A DNA stretch of 64,000 nt, from contig NC_087472.1 of assembly GCF_036321535.1 (NCBI RefSeq), positions 92,072,001-92,136,000 on the forward strand. Direction: 5' to 3'. This DNA comes from Camelus dromedarius. Lineage: Eukaryota. Below, in pieces: positions 26,301 to 38,890 of the stretch. Within the stretch, counting starts at the first letter, position 1; every line of letters begins with the position of its first letter. The translations under genes and the position numbers were made by a program. The notes beneath the pieces were generated by a model, which was not told where the DNA came from, ran no database searches, and saw nothing but the letters and a program-made list of their open reading frames with translations.

Positions 26301-26551
26301 AATCATAACAATAACAATAGTCTATTCTACTTCACAAAGCTAGTAACATAATAGTATAGAAAGAAAATTAATCATGAAGCAAAGTGAAAAGTGTCATAAT
26401 TGAAGTATGGACACAGTACTATGGGAGCACAGGGGAGAATCTTAATAATTATGCTAGGGTGTCACATCTGTAAGCATACACATGGATGCTCACATTTGTC
26501 CTAGAATCACTCATACCTTCCATCACTAAGGTGCATAGGGACTAAGGAATT

Positions 26552-26788
26552 CTTTTTTTTAAAATTGAAGTATAGTTAGTTACAATGTGTCAATTTCTGA
26601 TGTTCAGCATAATGTCCCAGTCATGAATATATATACATGTATTTATTTTCATATTCTTTTTCATTCAAGGTTATTACAAGATATTGAATATAGTTCCCTG
26701 TGCTATACATTAGAAGTTTGTTTTTAATCTATTTTTATATACAGTGATTAATATTTGCAGATCTCAAATTCCCAAATTTATCCCTTTC
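26552..26788 (-). mobile_element. L1 3' UTR fragment (intermediate-age subfamily)
   Basis: T-tract then ATTGAAGTATAG...GATATTGAATATAGTTCCCTGTGCTATA. Reverse complement resembles 38650-38880. Confidence 0.85.
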
Positions 26789-27999
26789 TTAAACTCACAT
26801 ATCTAACACTTACTGGACTCTTGCCTGACCATATACTGAGAACACTAAAGATTTCTCTTCAAGGGAAGACTATGTATCAGATCTTTGATTAGAGCCTCAT
26901 CAATAACGGCAGGGGTCATTACCACCAAGTATTCATCAATGCTCAGACACAGCAACTCAAGAGAATACATGTTGGTAAAAACACTATTTCCCTGATGGTC
27001 ATTTGATTTGTTGTCCATCCATTATGTGTGAATTATTACAGTTAGATTCAGTGAATTGTGATCTTTGCTCAAAGCCACCAATTGTTGAGAATGCAGGTTA
27101 AGCCTGGGTTTGTGAACAATTATCTTTTCTTTAACAACCACCACAAAAGCAACAAAAAATCTATGCCAACTGAAGCACTCTGGTTCAAAGTTAAGAAAGG
27201 TAGCTTTATCAATTATACCACAGGGTATGAGTCACAGTAGTGAAAGTACAATTTTGTTCCCTGTAAAGGCAACAGACAAGCAGTTCCGTGGCAACTAAAT
27301 GAACAGTTCTTTGTGTACACAGTTACATAGTTCACGCATGGCTCAGAAACCTGGAGAAGTCACAAAGTGTAAGTTCTCTCTCTTATATTCTTGGCACCAT
27401 TTGTTAGATTACTACTGAAATACAACAGTAGCATTGGTTGCAGTTTAAGAACAGAGGGATGCTAGCCCGAGGAGCAATCCATGCTGCTCCTCTAAGTGAA
27501 TCTTACTAAAGATAGTGTCTTCTCATATTAATTCTTAATGGAGATGAACATTCCCATGGCTCTGGGCTCACATGCCTTTGTCAGACCCGACCTGAGTGAC
27601 ATGGAGCTGATGGCCTGAAATAATGTGCTGGGACACTACCACAATCACACTGCTCTAAATAGGATTTCATTAACCCGTTCAAGGATTCATGTTGAAACCA
27701 TGAATATATCTGAGATAATTTTTTTTTGCCCTGACTACAAAGAAAGTTTGCTGAACAAACTGATGGTGCAAATAACATTGTATACTACATGCCTTTCTTG
27801 AATAATGTTAAGGAAATAGGGGTTTTAAGTTATTTGAGAAATAAATTTGGAATGCAAACAAAAATGCTCTTCCTACACGAAGGCTAAACATGGTAAACAG
27901 AAAACAGAAGCGTTGCTTTCAGGACCTAACTAATAAATGGCTTTGTGAAAAAGAAATCCTTCAGATTAGCAACACTGAAATTCATTGTTTGAATTAGCC

Positions 28000-28222
28000 A
28001 CAAGGCCTTCACATATGTTGCTTCCTCTACCTGGCTCCCTGTCCCATACTTCTCCTTTATAGAATTTTCTAGAGTCTTTAATCATTTACTAATTTTTGTG
28101 ATTATTTGGTTAATATATCTCTCCCCCAATAGACTAGACACTTCTGTAATTGTTCATTGTTGCTTACCTAACACTGTTCCCTGCCTGGTTCACAGAAGGC
28201 ACTCAAAACTCATTTTTTGAAA
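28000..28222 (+). mobile_element. L2 3' end
   Basis: GGCCTTCACATATGTTGCTTCCTCTACCTGG...TGCCTGGTTCACAGAAGGCACTCAA. Confidence 0.6.
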
Positions 28223-28389
28223 AAAAGAAAATACATACGCACATACACATTTTGTGGTGTCTTTCTCTGGGGAGTACCTTTTGGGTAATTAATTATGTTT
28301 AATAATTTAGCAACACAAAATAACATTTTTGTAGGCATTATATTTATATTCTATGCTTTATAGAAGGCTTAGAGTATGAAATAAACTTC

Positions 28390-28930
28390 ACAATTAGTTC
28401 TTTTGGCTTTAAATTATGGAAACCTATTTGAAGAAGTTTTAGCAAAAGGTAGTTTATTAAACAAATATATGGATATCACACAACTCAAGGGCAGGAATTC
28501 AGCTGGATGATGGTGTGAACTGGAACCTTATCCCAAACCTGTTAGGGTGAGAGCAACAGAAGTTGCTCTTCATAAATCAACTCTGTCTCTTTCTGTGTAG
28601 TTTTTTCATTCTTTCTCTCTCTCTCTCTTGTTCTTTCTCAGTATAATGGATTTTTCTATTTCCAAACCACATGTCAGAAAATAGTTACAGCCAACAGCTT
28701 GTGAGTTTGATCATTTCCATTTAAGAGCTCAAAGTTTCACTGGAGGATCATTTCCCAGTTCTAACTCTAAAATCCTGGGAATGGACTCAGATTCGCTCAG
28801 CCTGGGACAGGAGCCAGCCTCTGGCTTCATCTCTACAGATGAGGTGCGGTCACCTTGTAAAAATGTGGTTACTCCACTGTAACCATTCTAAAGGAGAGGG
28901 CAGAAGGAAAAGCCAGTTCCCACATATATG
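28390..28930 (-). mobile_element. Old MaLR LTR (MLT1K/L-like)
   Basis: TTAGTTCTTTTGG...GAAACCTATTTGAAG..TTTAGCAAAAGG..TTTATT; GGACTCAGATTCGCTCAGCCTGGG. Confidence 0.55.
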
Positions 28931-28984
28931 GGTCTGTTGCGAAGGCAAAACCTGCAGAGGGTTGTATGAAGAATAAACCTGATG

Positions 28985-30078
28985 TCTTTTCAAATTAGAG
29001 ATCTCTCTGGATATATGCCTAGGAGTGGGATTGCTGGATCATATGGTAAGCCTATTTTTAGTTTTTTAAGGAACCTCCATACTGTCCTCCATAGTGGCTG
29101 CAGCAATTTACATTCCCACCAACAGCGTAGGAAGGTTCCTTTTTCTACACACCCTCTTCAGCATTTATTATTTGCAGACTTTTTGATGATGGCCATTCTG
29201 ACTTGTGTGAGGTGATACCTCATTGTAGTTTTGATTTGCATTTCTCTAACGATTAGTGATATTGAGCATCTTTTCATGTACCCATTGGCCATCTGTAAGT
29301 CTTTTTTGAAGAGCTGTCTATTTAGGTGTTCTGCCAATTTTTTGATAGGTTTTTTTTTGATATTGAGTGTACGAGCTGTTTGAATAATTTGGAAATTAAT
29401 CCCTTCTCAGTCACATTGTTTGCAAATATTTTCTCCCATTCCATAGGGAGAATACTCTACTTTGAAAAGACATGCACCCCAATGTTCATAGCAGCACTTT
29501 TACAATAGCCAAGACATGTAAACAACCTAAATGTCCATTGACAGATGAATGGACAAAGAAAACATGATTATATAGACGATGGAATACTACTCAGCCATAA
29601 AAATGAATGAAATAATGTCATCTGCAGCAACATGGATGGACCTGGAGATCGTCATTCTAAGTGAAGTCAGTCAGTCAGAAAAATAAAAATACCATATGAT
29701 ATCACTTACATGTGGAATCTACAAAAATGACACAAACAAACTTATTTACAAAACAGAAAGACTCATAAACATAGAAAATAAACTTACATTACCGGGGGGA
29801 AATGGGGGAGGGAGGCAAAATTGGGAGTTTGGGATTGTCTGATACAAACTACTATGTACAGAATAGATAAACAACAAGGTCCTACTATATAGCACAGGGA
29901 ACTATATTCAATGTAATGAAAAAGAATATAAAAAATAATATGTATACATGTATATGAATGTATAACTGAATTACTATGCTGTACAATAGAAACTAATACA
30001 ACATTGTAAATCAACTATACTTCAATAAATAAAACAAAAATAAAAAAATAAAGACAACCACAAATCACAAAAACAAAA
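28985..30078 (+). mobile_element. L1 with 5' inversion (twin priming): 28985-29447 antisense ORF2, 29448-30078 sense ORF2 end, 3' UTR and A-rich tail
   Basis: Orientation switch at ~29447/29448. Perfect 16-bp TSD AAGAATAAACCTGATG at 28969-28984 and 30079-30094. Confidence 0.93.
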
Positions 30079-31231
30079 AAGAATAAACCTGATGATCTTG
30101 GCCTGCCACTTGCATTGACACCCTTTCAGTTACTTCATATTATGTGGCAATAAAATAGCAGGCATTGAAGACTTGGTTTGTTGGGGGAGCATAGTCGTAT
30201 CCCAGTATGAATAATTTCTGCATTTCAGGGAGAAAAAAATAATGGAGGCAATGGAGAAAGAAATTTCACATTTGGGAAGCAGCTGCATGACCCAATTCAT
30301 TTTCTCTATACTTTAAAACTACTTTTTCCTTATGCACAATAATATAATGAGATGAGATGTTAGAAGATTTTGTGATTGTTCCCTTTATAACTACGTTGAG
30401 TCTATGATAAATTTAAGATGGGAGTAGGGTTGGTGATATGCTGGGCATTTGGGCATAAAATTGATTAATAGCTTTAGAATATGATCATAAAGGCAGATGG
30501 CCATCTTACAATGGGGTTATAATGGGGACATTTCACAAAGTAAGGGTGGTATGGCCAAAAAGCTGCCTCTCTGTACTTTCAAATCAGATGAAAGGATAAT
30601 GACAGAGATAACTATCTTGGCCTTCCAATGATAAGCAAGGCATCCTGTAATCACTCTATTGCTGATTGGCTTTCACTGGTATTGATTTTAAAAGACATTT
30701 TTTCATATAGAAACTAGAAGTGACTTTCAAAGAGAAAAGATCTCTTGGAAAAATGACATTCTCAATAAAGAATTTTAAAAGAAATCTATAAACAAAGACA
30801 TTGTTCCTACTGGCAAATGATATGACACTCACAGAAACATGGAACTGTATAGTTTGAAGATTCCTTAGAGAAATCATGAGTAACCCTTTATTTTATGGAC
30901 ATAAACTCTAAAATTCTATCATAAGGAGACATTTGTCCAAGATATGAGTATATTCTAGGGAAAATAATTTAAAAATACTATCTAAATATACCTAATAATA
31001 GCTAGTCTAGTGGTAAGAACAAGTAAGTTTAGTTCAACACGTTTATAATCAAATACAAGAAAAAATCATGTTCCATTAAAATAATCAAAATGAAATTTAT
31101 TTAGGTTCTTTTTTCAGATTAATTAACTTATTTTTAAATTACTGTTATTAAAAAGCCTATGAATAAATATAACAGATTTTTGCTAAAATTTTGTAATTCT
31201 TAAAATTGGACTAGGTCAATGGATTTTCAGG

Positions 31232-31385
31232 ACAGAAGACAGCAATCTATGGCCCATGCCTATGCATCATCTATAGCTGCTTTTGTGCTGCAAAGGCAGA
31301 GTTGAGTAGTTGGGACTAAAACTGTATATATCACATGACTAAAACATGTACTATCTGGCCCCTTAAAAAAGTTTGTGGATTCCTG
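31232..31385. mobile_element. MER58A-like hAT-Charlie fossil
   Basis: GCTGCTTTTGTGCTGCAAAGGCAGAGTTGAGTAGTTG...TACTATCTGGCCCCTTAAAAAAGTTTG. Confidence 0.75.
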
Positions 31386-31626
31386 TCACAGAGCATGTGT
31401 CCAAATGTCCATCTTGTAGCATTCACGGTTATTTCATAAATAACAATTCACCTTAATTATTCTAAATTATTTCATAATCAAATGTTACATTACATGTGAC
31501 ATGAATATAAGTATCTACTAATAAAACTAGTCAAGCTTTTCTAGTCATACACGTTTCCATTCTCCTATAGACTATTTTCTTTTTTGGTATTTGTATAAGT
31601 ATACATATTTTTAGCCTCATGTGGCT

Positions 31627-31902
31627 TTTATTTTTTATTTTGTTATTGAAGGATACTTGATGCACAAGATTATATAAGTTACAAGTGTACAATATAGTGA
31701 TTTATAATTTTTAAAGGTTATGCTCCATTTATAGCTGTTATAAAATATTGGCTACATTCTTTGTGTTTTACAATATATCCCTGTAGCTTATTTTATGCAT
31801 AATAGTTTGTATCACTTAATGCTCTTCCTTCTGCCCCACTGGTAACGACTAATTTGTTCTCTCTATCTGTGTCTGTTTATTTTTTAGTTGTATTTTTTAG
31901 AT
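31627..31902 (-). mobile_element. L1 3' UTR fragment (older subfamily)
   Basis: Reverse-complement similarity to 50560-50830 (TATAAAATATTGGCTA..TATATCCCTGTAGCTTATTTTAT..CACTGGTAACGACTAATTTGTTCTCTA). Confidence 0.82.
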
Positions 31903-34435
31903 CTTATAGACTTTTTAATATTGATTTACTTATATTTCTCATATAAGGAAAAAATCCTTGAAACATGTAAACAATGGTTGTTACTATAAAATATGGATGA
32001 CACAGGGAGCTACCTATGTGCCCTGATGATCCTTACACTATAACTGCACACTTGAAATATTAACAAAAATATTTTAGAAATCACTTTTCCTAAAAAATGC
32101 TTTAATTTGTGTCAGCTCTCAAGGAATATAAAGCAAAGGTAAGAAACCTATGGGCCACATACCCATCTTGTGAGAAATAACAAAATAAAATCCTTTGTTA
32201 TTCAAAGGATACAGGTTTGAAAATTAATGCCTTAAACTCCAATCGATGAATACTCTTACGGATCTCCTACTATGTGGCTGGAACCAACTAGTGATTGAGG
32301 CTACAAAAACGAAAAGATAATATCTCATCTTTTGAAGAACTGACAATTTCTTTTACTTTACATTTACTAAAAACTTCTCAGACATTAACTAGTTCTTTTA
32401 GTTCATGGAAGCTGCAGCTCAGATATAACCCATGGAAAATTCCTCTCTAATGAATTCATGTTTGTAGGATGCTGATATTTTTTAGTAAACCAGGTATCTG
32501 TTTTATCACAAAATTATTTCCTGGCACCAGACCACATAAAATCTTAACTTCAGGAAGACTTAAACATATTGATAGCCCTATATTGAAGGTTAGGACAATG
32601 AGGGAATCTGTTTTCTCTGAAACTTTACTGTCAAGAAACAAGACAGCAGAAGAGTTGCTCTATTTCGAAAAATGTCACATGGTACATTAAGGTCAAGTAA
32701 GACTGCTCTGACCGAAGAGACTGATCCTATGTTTGTAACATTACAAATAACTACCATGAGAATATCTTCGTAATCGTGAGATGTTAGATATGGATGGGAT
32801 CTTAAAAATCATTTTACAGCTTAAAACAAATGTCAACTGAGGTGAAGTCAGAGCCAATTCCATGATATTTGGAGAAGTGTATCTTGAGAGGCAAGATACT
32901 CCTTGGCCCAAGCTTCAGATTTGAGGATTCAAATTTAAACTTGATATCATTTACAAATGAATTTATATACTCAAAGAGCTATTGATAAAATTGAAAAAAT
33001 ATATTTATATTTTGTATACGTGTGTTCAGTTACAAATCAATACCAACCATGTGGTACAGTGAATTGATATTTTTAAAAATAAATATCACCACTATTCTCT
33101 TGACTGTACAATATATGTCATTTTTATGGTAAGGAGTTAGTAAGTTACATAGGAACATTATGAATAGCAATTTGTGACTGTGATTTGGCGTGCCATCATT
33201 TTTTTGTATTCTAAAAAAATAGAAGTGATCTTGAGTAACCTAAGTGTTTAGAAACCATAGGGGAAGTGGCATACTAAGGTGTCAGGACCATGAAGGAATG
33301 AGACAAGAACTAAGCCCCAGAACCAGATCCAAGTTAGCATATAGTCCCTGCATTTATGTATATTGGTTTTAGGACATCAATGAAACCACATTCTGGTTGA
33401 AGTAAGATATTATATCATAATATCCATACCTACTCACCCCTCCACTACAATATACTGCACATAGCATATTAAATGCCTGTTGTCTTCATTTATATAGTAA
33501 TTGACTTCTCAAATAATTTAGAATGAGAGCAAATTATGAATAAATCACTAAGGAAACAGTGAACTGTTAGAGGTAAATTATCCAAAGTTGCAGTTAAGAA
33601 ATGAGAAATACAAGAACACATTTAGGTCTCTACTATATATGATCCCAAGTGAAGAGTTATTATTACGCACTTAACTCAGGTCAACTTAGTCCTCAAACCC
33701 TACTTCAAATGCTGTCCTTGCAAAGGAACCAAGTATCAAAAACAAAACAAACCAAAAAACTACTACACTTTGATCATAAGCATGAACAGCAAGTCTGAGA
33801 CCTTTCTTTTGTTCATTTGGATAATTAGTTTTTAGTATCATATTGATAGTATACACCTGGCCTCATTTTCAAAGATAGAAAGATGAAGAAAAATACTCAG
33901 AGTGTACATACATAAAAAATGTATTCCACTTGGAAAATTGGAAAAATGTATAAAAGGGAATTAAATCAAAAAACATCAAAAAGTTTAACCTCAGTACTGA
34001 TCAATAAAATACAAATTAAAATTAGACAAGATTTCAATCACATTATTTTTTATCATACTTAGAATTGGAAAGGACATGGAAAAATAGAAACTCTTATAGA
34101 ACGTTCTTACATACATAAATCAGAACAACTATTTTGGAGAACAATTTGGAAATATATAAGTCAAGTATGTGCAAGTGTTATTGCTCCATGCCTCCACTTC
34201 TGGATACAGACCCTAGAGAAACACTTATTCTTGAGCAGAAAGATGGACGTATATGAATGTTCATTATGGTATTATTCATTATTGCCACAACAACAATAAA
34301 ATCTAAATTATGAACCACAGTAGATTGATTAAAAAATGAGTAATATTTATTCAATGGGCTACTAGAGAGCAGTCAAAATGGTTAAACTAGAGCTACAGGT
34401 ATCTAACCTGATAAATATACAGACATAATGATAAA

Positions 34436-34899
34436 AAATAAAATGGAATTACAATGGAATATTATTCAGTCGTAAAAAAGAGTGAAATTCTGCCATTTGC
34501 AGCAATGTGGATGGACCTAGAGAATAGTATGCTTGGTGAAATAAGTCAGAGAGAGAAAGATAAATACTGTATAATATCACTTATATGTGGAATCTAAAAA
34601 ATAATACAAATAAATGTATACACAAAACAGAAACAGACTAACAAATATAGAAAGCAAATTTGTGGTTATCAAAAGGGAGCGAGAAGTGCAGAGGGACAAA
34701 GGGATATGGGATTAACAGATACTAACTACTATGCATAAAACAGATAAGCAATAAGGATATACTATACTATATAGTACAGGAAATTATAGTCATTTTCTTC
34801 AAATTAAATATAATACAGTATAATCTTCAAAAATACTGAATTGCTATGCTGTACACATGAAAATAACAGTGGAAATCAACTATACTTCAATTTTTAAAA
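34436..34899 (+). mobile_element. Older L1 3' fragment (ORF2 end and 3' UTR)
   Basis: ACAATGGAATATTATTCAG...GCCATTTGCAGCAATGTGGATGGACCTAGAG...AATCAACTATACTTCAA. TSD AGACATAATGATAAA (34421-34435) / AGACATAATAATAAA (34900-34914). Confidence 0.9.
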
Positions 34900-35143
34900 A
34901 GACATAATAATAAATCAAAAAAGATAAATTGCAGATTAGGTAAGCATAGCAACTTTATATAAACTTTATGCAAAATTATGCTATATATTCTTATGGATAC
35001 ATCTATAGAAAGTGAAAATTGTTAAAAGGTGCATGAAAACAAACACATCAAATTTAAAATAACAGTCACTTCTGGGTTTAAAGTAGGAAAGGGCAAAGAA
35101 AGAGTACATGGAAAACTTAGAAATTATCTAATGTTTTCTTTTT

Positions 35144-35266
35144 TGGTTTTTTTTTTTAACATTTTTTATTGAGTTATAGTCATTTTACAATATTGTGTCA
35201 AATTCCAGTGCAGAGCACAACTTTTCAATTATACATGAACATACATATATTCATTGTCACTTTTTT
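35144..35266 (-). mobile_element. Minimal (~120 bp) young L1 3'-tip insertion
   Basis: Matches the terminal L1 3' UTR at 19630-19740. Perfect 15-bp TSD TAATGTTTTCTTTTT at 35129-35143 and 35267-35281. Confidence 0.9.
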
Positions 35267-37385
35267 TAATGTTTTCTTTTTATTTAAAGCAAACACGGCA
35301 AAATGTTAAAATCTTATAAAGCTGAATGAATGGTGGATACGTACATGTAAATAGTATTTTGGTGTTTTTAAGACTGTGGGATGATACCAAAATTGTGGGT
35401 CTGAAATCACTTCAAAACATTTTGCACTGTGGCTTATATTTTTAAAAAGAACATAATAAAGTAAAACAAAATAGGAAATAGTGTAAATCGCAGTACATAT
35501 AAACAGCATTTTGTGGATAGCTGGTTTCAGATATTTGCATATTTATGTATGTGAATGTGATGTAAAATAGTTTTTCTTACTCTGCATTTTGGGTAAAAAT
35601 GTTTTAAAGACACAAAATTATATTTTTATGTACCATTTTTATCTGTTTGAAATATTTCATATTTAAATGACAGAAATTATGCTTTGAAAATACAAGGAAT
35701 CAGTAGTTTTTTTATACAAGTATAACTTTAAAATCACAGAAAGAATTAGGCCTGTTTAGTCACTTATAATGTTAAATTAAAAAACTGATATCTGAAAAGG
35801 ATAGATGAGTCAGTGAACAAACATAAAATCTGAACTCAGAAGCTCTGAGTTACCATTTAAAGCTGATTTGTCTAAGTTAAATTGCTTTTTATAAATCAAA
35901 ATTTTTCTAAGTAAATCTTAAACCCCATTCAGACATATTTATTTTGCTGTATTTGAATTAAAGCTTAATATGTACCATTTTTAAGTTAGTTATCATTTAG
36001 GTTTGTTTGAGATGTAACTCTGGAAATGTAATGTTAGGAGAAATCCTAACATGATGTGCAACTATCAGAAATTAGATTAAGCGAATTACTGAGAAGGCAG
36101 ACCAATGATTTTTGACCCTTGTATTTATATATTTTTCTTGTTTTCTCTACTAGGACAACGTTTCAAACTTCCACAGTAGCCAAAATGCTTGGTTTCTGAT
36201 ACATACAAATTATTTAACCAATTTATGCATCATTTATATCAGATATTATGTTAATTTTTAATAAACTGAATGGGAGGTGGTAGGGGGAGGAACTCGTACA
36301 AAATAGTCCAAAAATGAAACCATCATCCTATGGAAATCTTTCAGAAAATATACTTATGATTTCAAAACTGTGTTTATGTCTTTTTATTGCAGAAGGTATT
36401 AAGAAAACTAGCTCATACACATTTCCATTTAAAATGTTCTTAGTGTCACTGATACCAGTTGTAAATTATTAAAATTGGAAGGTATTGAATGAAATCAAGA
36501 AAACCACAGCCTATATTGGCATTAATTAGCATATCCTTGACATCTAAAGTTATCTGTCTATTCTAATAAGCTATATAATACCCAGAAACACAATTTTAAA
36601 ATGCTTTTGTAGTAACAAAATGTATTCATAGCTGAATTTATGTCTTTGGCACTTAAAAAAGATGCAGATGGGCCATAATTCATAGGGTTTATATATCTTC
36701 CAAATGTGTTTATTTGTTTGCTTTATTTATATCTGCTGCTTTCAAAAAGGATTTTGAGGTAGACTGTAATAAAAGGCCCATACAATAGGCTGGTTAACAT
36801 GAAGATAAATTATCAAAAGCGTTATAGTAAGGAAGAGAAGAAATGGTTATTGGAGAGGGGGGTGGAGTGAAGAACATATAATTATACATTAAATACTAGC
36901 TAAGAATAGTTACTTTAATTATCTACTAAATTTAGCCTGTGCTTGCTGGAAGCCAAACAAATTTTAAAAAATCAGGATGAGTAGTACATCTCTAGTTGTA
37001 TATTAGTTCATCAGGATAGACAAATCCAAGTTATAAATCTAAGGGACACAACTTTAAAAGAATCATGAATTTTTCTGTAAGGAACACTCAATGACACAAT
37101 GTATGACATTTTGAATATTCATTGGGATTTTAGGGAAGTCACTGAAACATCCTTCTCTTGACCATGCTGTATGTCAGTGATAAAATGTAAAGGCGATTCT
37201 GTTTGTTGTAGCTTAACAGGCTGTATATTACAGACCTACAATGATTCCATCTGTAATAATTTATAAGTTTGGCAGATAATGTACTTGAGGAAAAAAATTG
37301 TTGGCAACAACCTTGGTAGACTAAAGGGACTGAATTATTTGAGAAGATGGATGCTTCAGACTAGAATAATGTCTTAATTAGCTAG

Positions 37386-37670
37386 TGTGGTAAACTAAAT
37401 AATGGTCCCCAAAGATAGCCAGGCCCTAGTCCTTGGAACTTGTGAATGTCACTTAATATGGCAAAAGGAACTTTGCAGATACAGTGAAGTTAAGGATTGT
37501 GAGATGGGGAGATATCTTGGATTATCCAGGTGGTTCCTCAATTTAATCACAAATCTTCTTTTGAGAAGGGGGCAGAGAGATTTGACTACAGAGACAGAAA
37601 TCAGTGGCTTGCTGATGCAAGATGCTATGCTGCTGGTTTTAAAGATGGAAGAAGGGCTTTGAAATGCAGA
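37386..37670 (+). mobile_element. MaLR LTR 5' fragment (MLT1D-like)
   Basis: TGTGGTAAACTAAATAATGGTCCCCAAAGAT...GGCAAAAGGAACTTTGCAGAT...GGATTATCCAGGTGG. Confidence 0.85.
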
Positions 37671-37789
37671 AATTCAAACTGTCTAATTAAGTTTCCTAGC
37701 TGAATGTTGGCTGTTTGCTAATGCATGATAACTAACAGCTCCTGACCTAAATGAACTGTCCCACTGACGGCTAGAGATTACTATCATTA

Positions 37790-37975
37790 GGGACCTTGCT
37801 TCCTGTGTGTTCACAGAGGACTCTGCATCTAGCCCTGCACATTTTTCATATTGCATTGAAGTTATTCATTTATCTGTCTCCTCCACATGCATCTTGGCTT
37901 CTTTTTGTATCTCTAGCACTGACTTAGTGCCTAGTATTTAGAATAAGCTGAATAAATGTTTGCTCTATGAAAGAA
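37790..37975 (+). mobile_element. L2 3' end
   Basis: TTTGTATCTCTAGCACTGACTTAGTGCCTAG...AATAAATGTTTG. Confidence 0.6.
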
Positions 37976-38260
37976 CGGAAAGAAACTCTGAATACATCTT
38001 CCAAAAAAACCATTATCCAGGTTCTTTAAATCCTAGGAATCTTAAGGTTGATGGGGTATCTGACGATGCAGGGACCAGGGAGTCACCACTTGAACCCACT
38101 TTGCTCAATCTTGGCATCACTAGAAGTGAGAATCAGACACTAGGGATTCACTACATGCTCCAGTAAACCCTGTGGCAGTTCTCCCACTTGACTGGGATTG
38201 CTTGGACTGGAAGCTCTAACAGGACATGCACTTGTTTTTATTCATCTTTATATTAAGAAA

Positions 38261-38890
38261 ATATATATACCAAGACTTCTTTGTCCAGTCATCTGTCAAT
38301 GGACATTTAGGTTGTTTCCATGTCTTGGCTATTGCAAATAGTGCTAACTATGAACACTGGGATGCTTGTATCTTTTCAAATTAAAGTTCCTTCCAGAGAA
38401 GTTGTGGTATATTTATAGAATAGAATATTAGTCAGCCATAAAAAAGAATAAAACAATGTCATCTGCAGCAACATAGATGGATGTGGAGATCATCATGCTA
38501 AGTGAAATAAGCCAGAAAGAGAAAGAAAAATACCATATGATATCACTCATATGTGGAGTCTAAAACAAAAGACACCAATGAACTTATTTATGAAGCAGAC
38601 ACAGACTCTCAGACAGAAAACAAACTAATGATTACCAGTAAGGAAAGGGGGTGGGAAGGGATAAATTGGAAGTGCGAGATTTGCAGATACTAACTACTAT
38701 ATATAAAATAGATAAACAACAAGTTCATACTGTTTAGAACAGGGAACTACATTCAATATCTTGTATTAACCTATAATGAAAAAGAATATGAAAAGGAACA
38801 TATGTATGTATATGTATGACTGAAACATGCTGTACACCAGAAATGGACACAATATTCTAAACTGACTATACTTCAAATAAAAAAAAAAGA
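38261..38890 (+). mobile_element. L1 3' fragment with short 5' inversion (~38261-38394 antisense, ~38395-38890 sense)
   Basis: Antisense GGACATTTAGGTTGTTTCCATGTCTTGGCTATTG, then sense GAAGTTGTGGTATATTTA...CAGCCATAAAAAAG through 3' UTR and poly(A). TSD not clear. Confidence 0.88.

Larger units (their letters stand above)
33880..35670 (+). mobile_element. Ancient L1ME/L1MC-type 3' region hosting two younger L1s and a DNA-transposon-like segment
   Basis: ACAACTATTTTGGAGAACAATTTGG...CCACTTCTGGATACAGACCCTAGAGAAAC, with terminal TGTTTGAAATATTTCATA near 35645-35662. Confidence 0.65.

Noticed and set aside
28982..30014. ORFs 28982-29215, 29326-29508 and 29784-30014
   Set aside because: Derived from the inverted L1 arms.
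31565..31915. Possible TSD TATAGACT around the 31627-31902 L1, implying a 3' transduction
   Set aside because: Only an 8-bp match in AT-rich DNA, which is compatible with chance.
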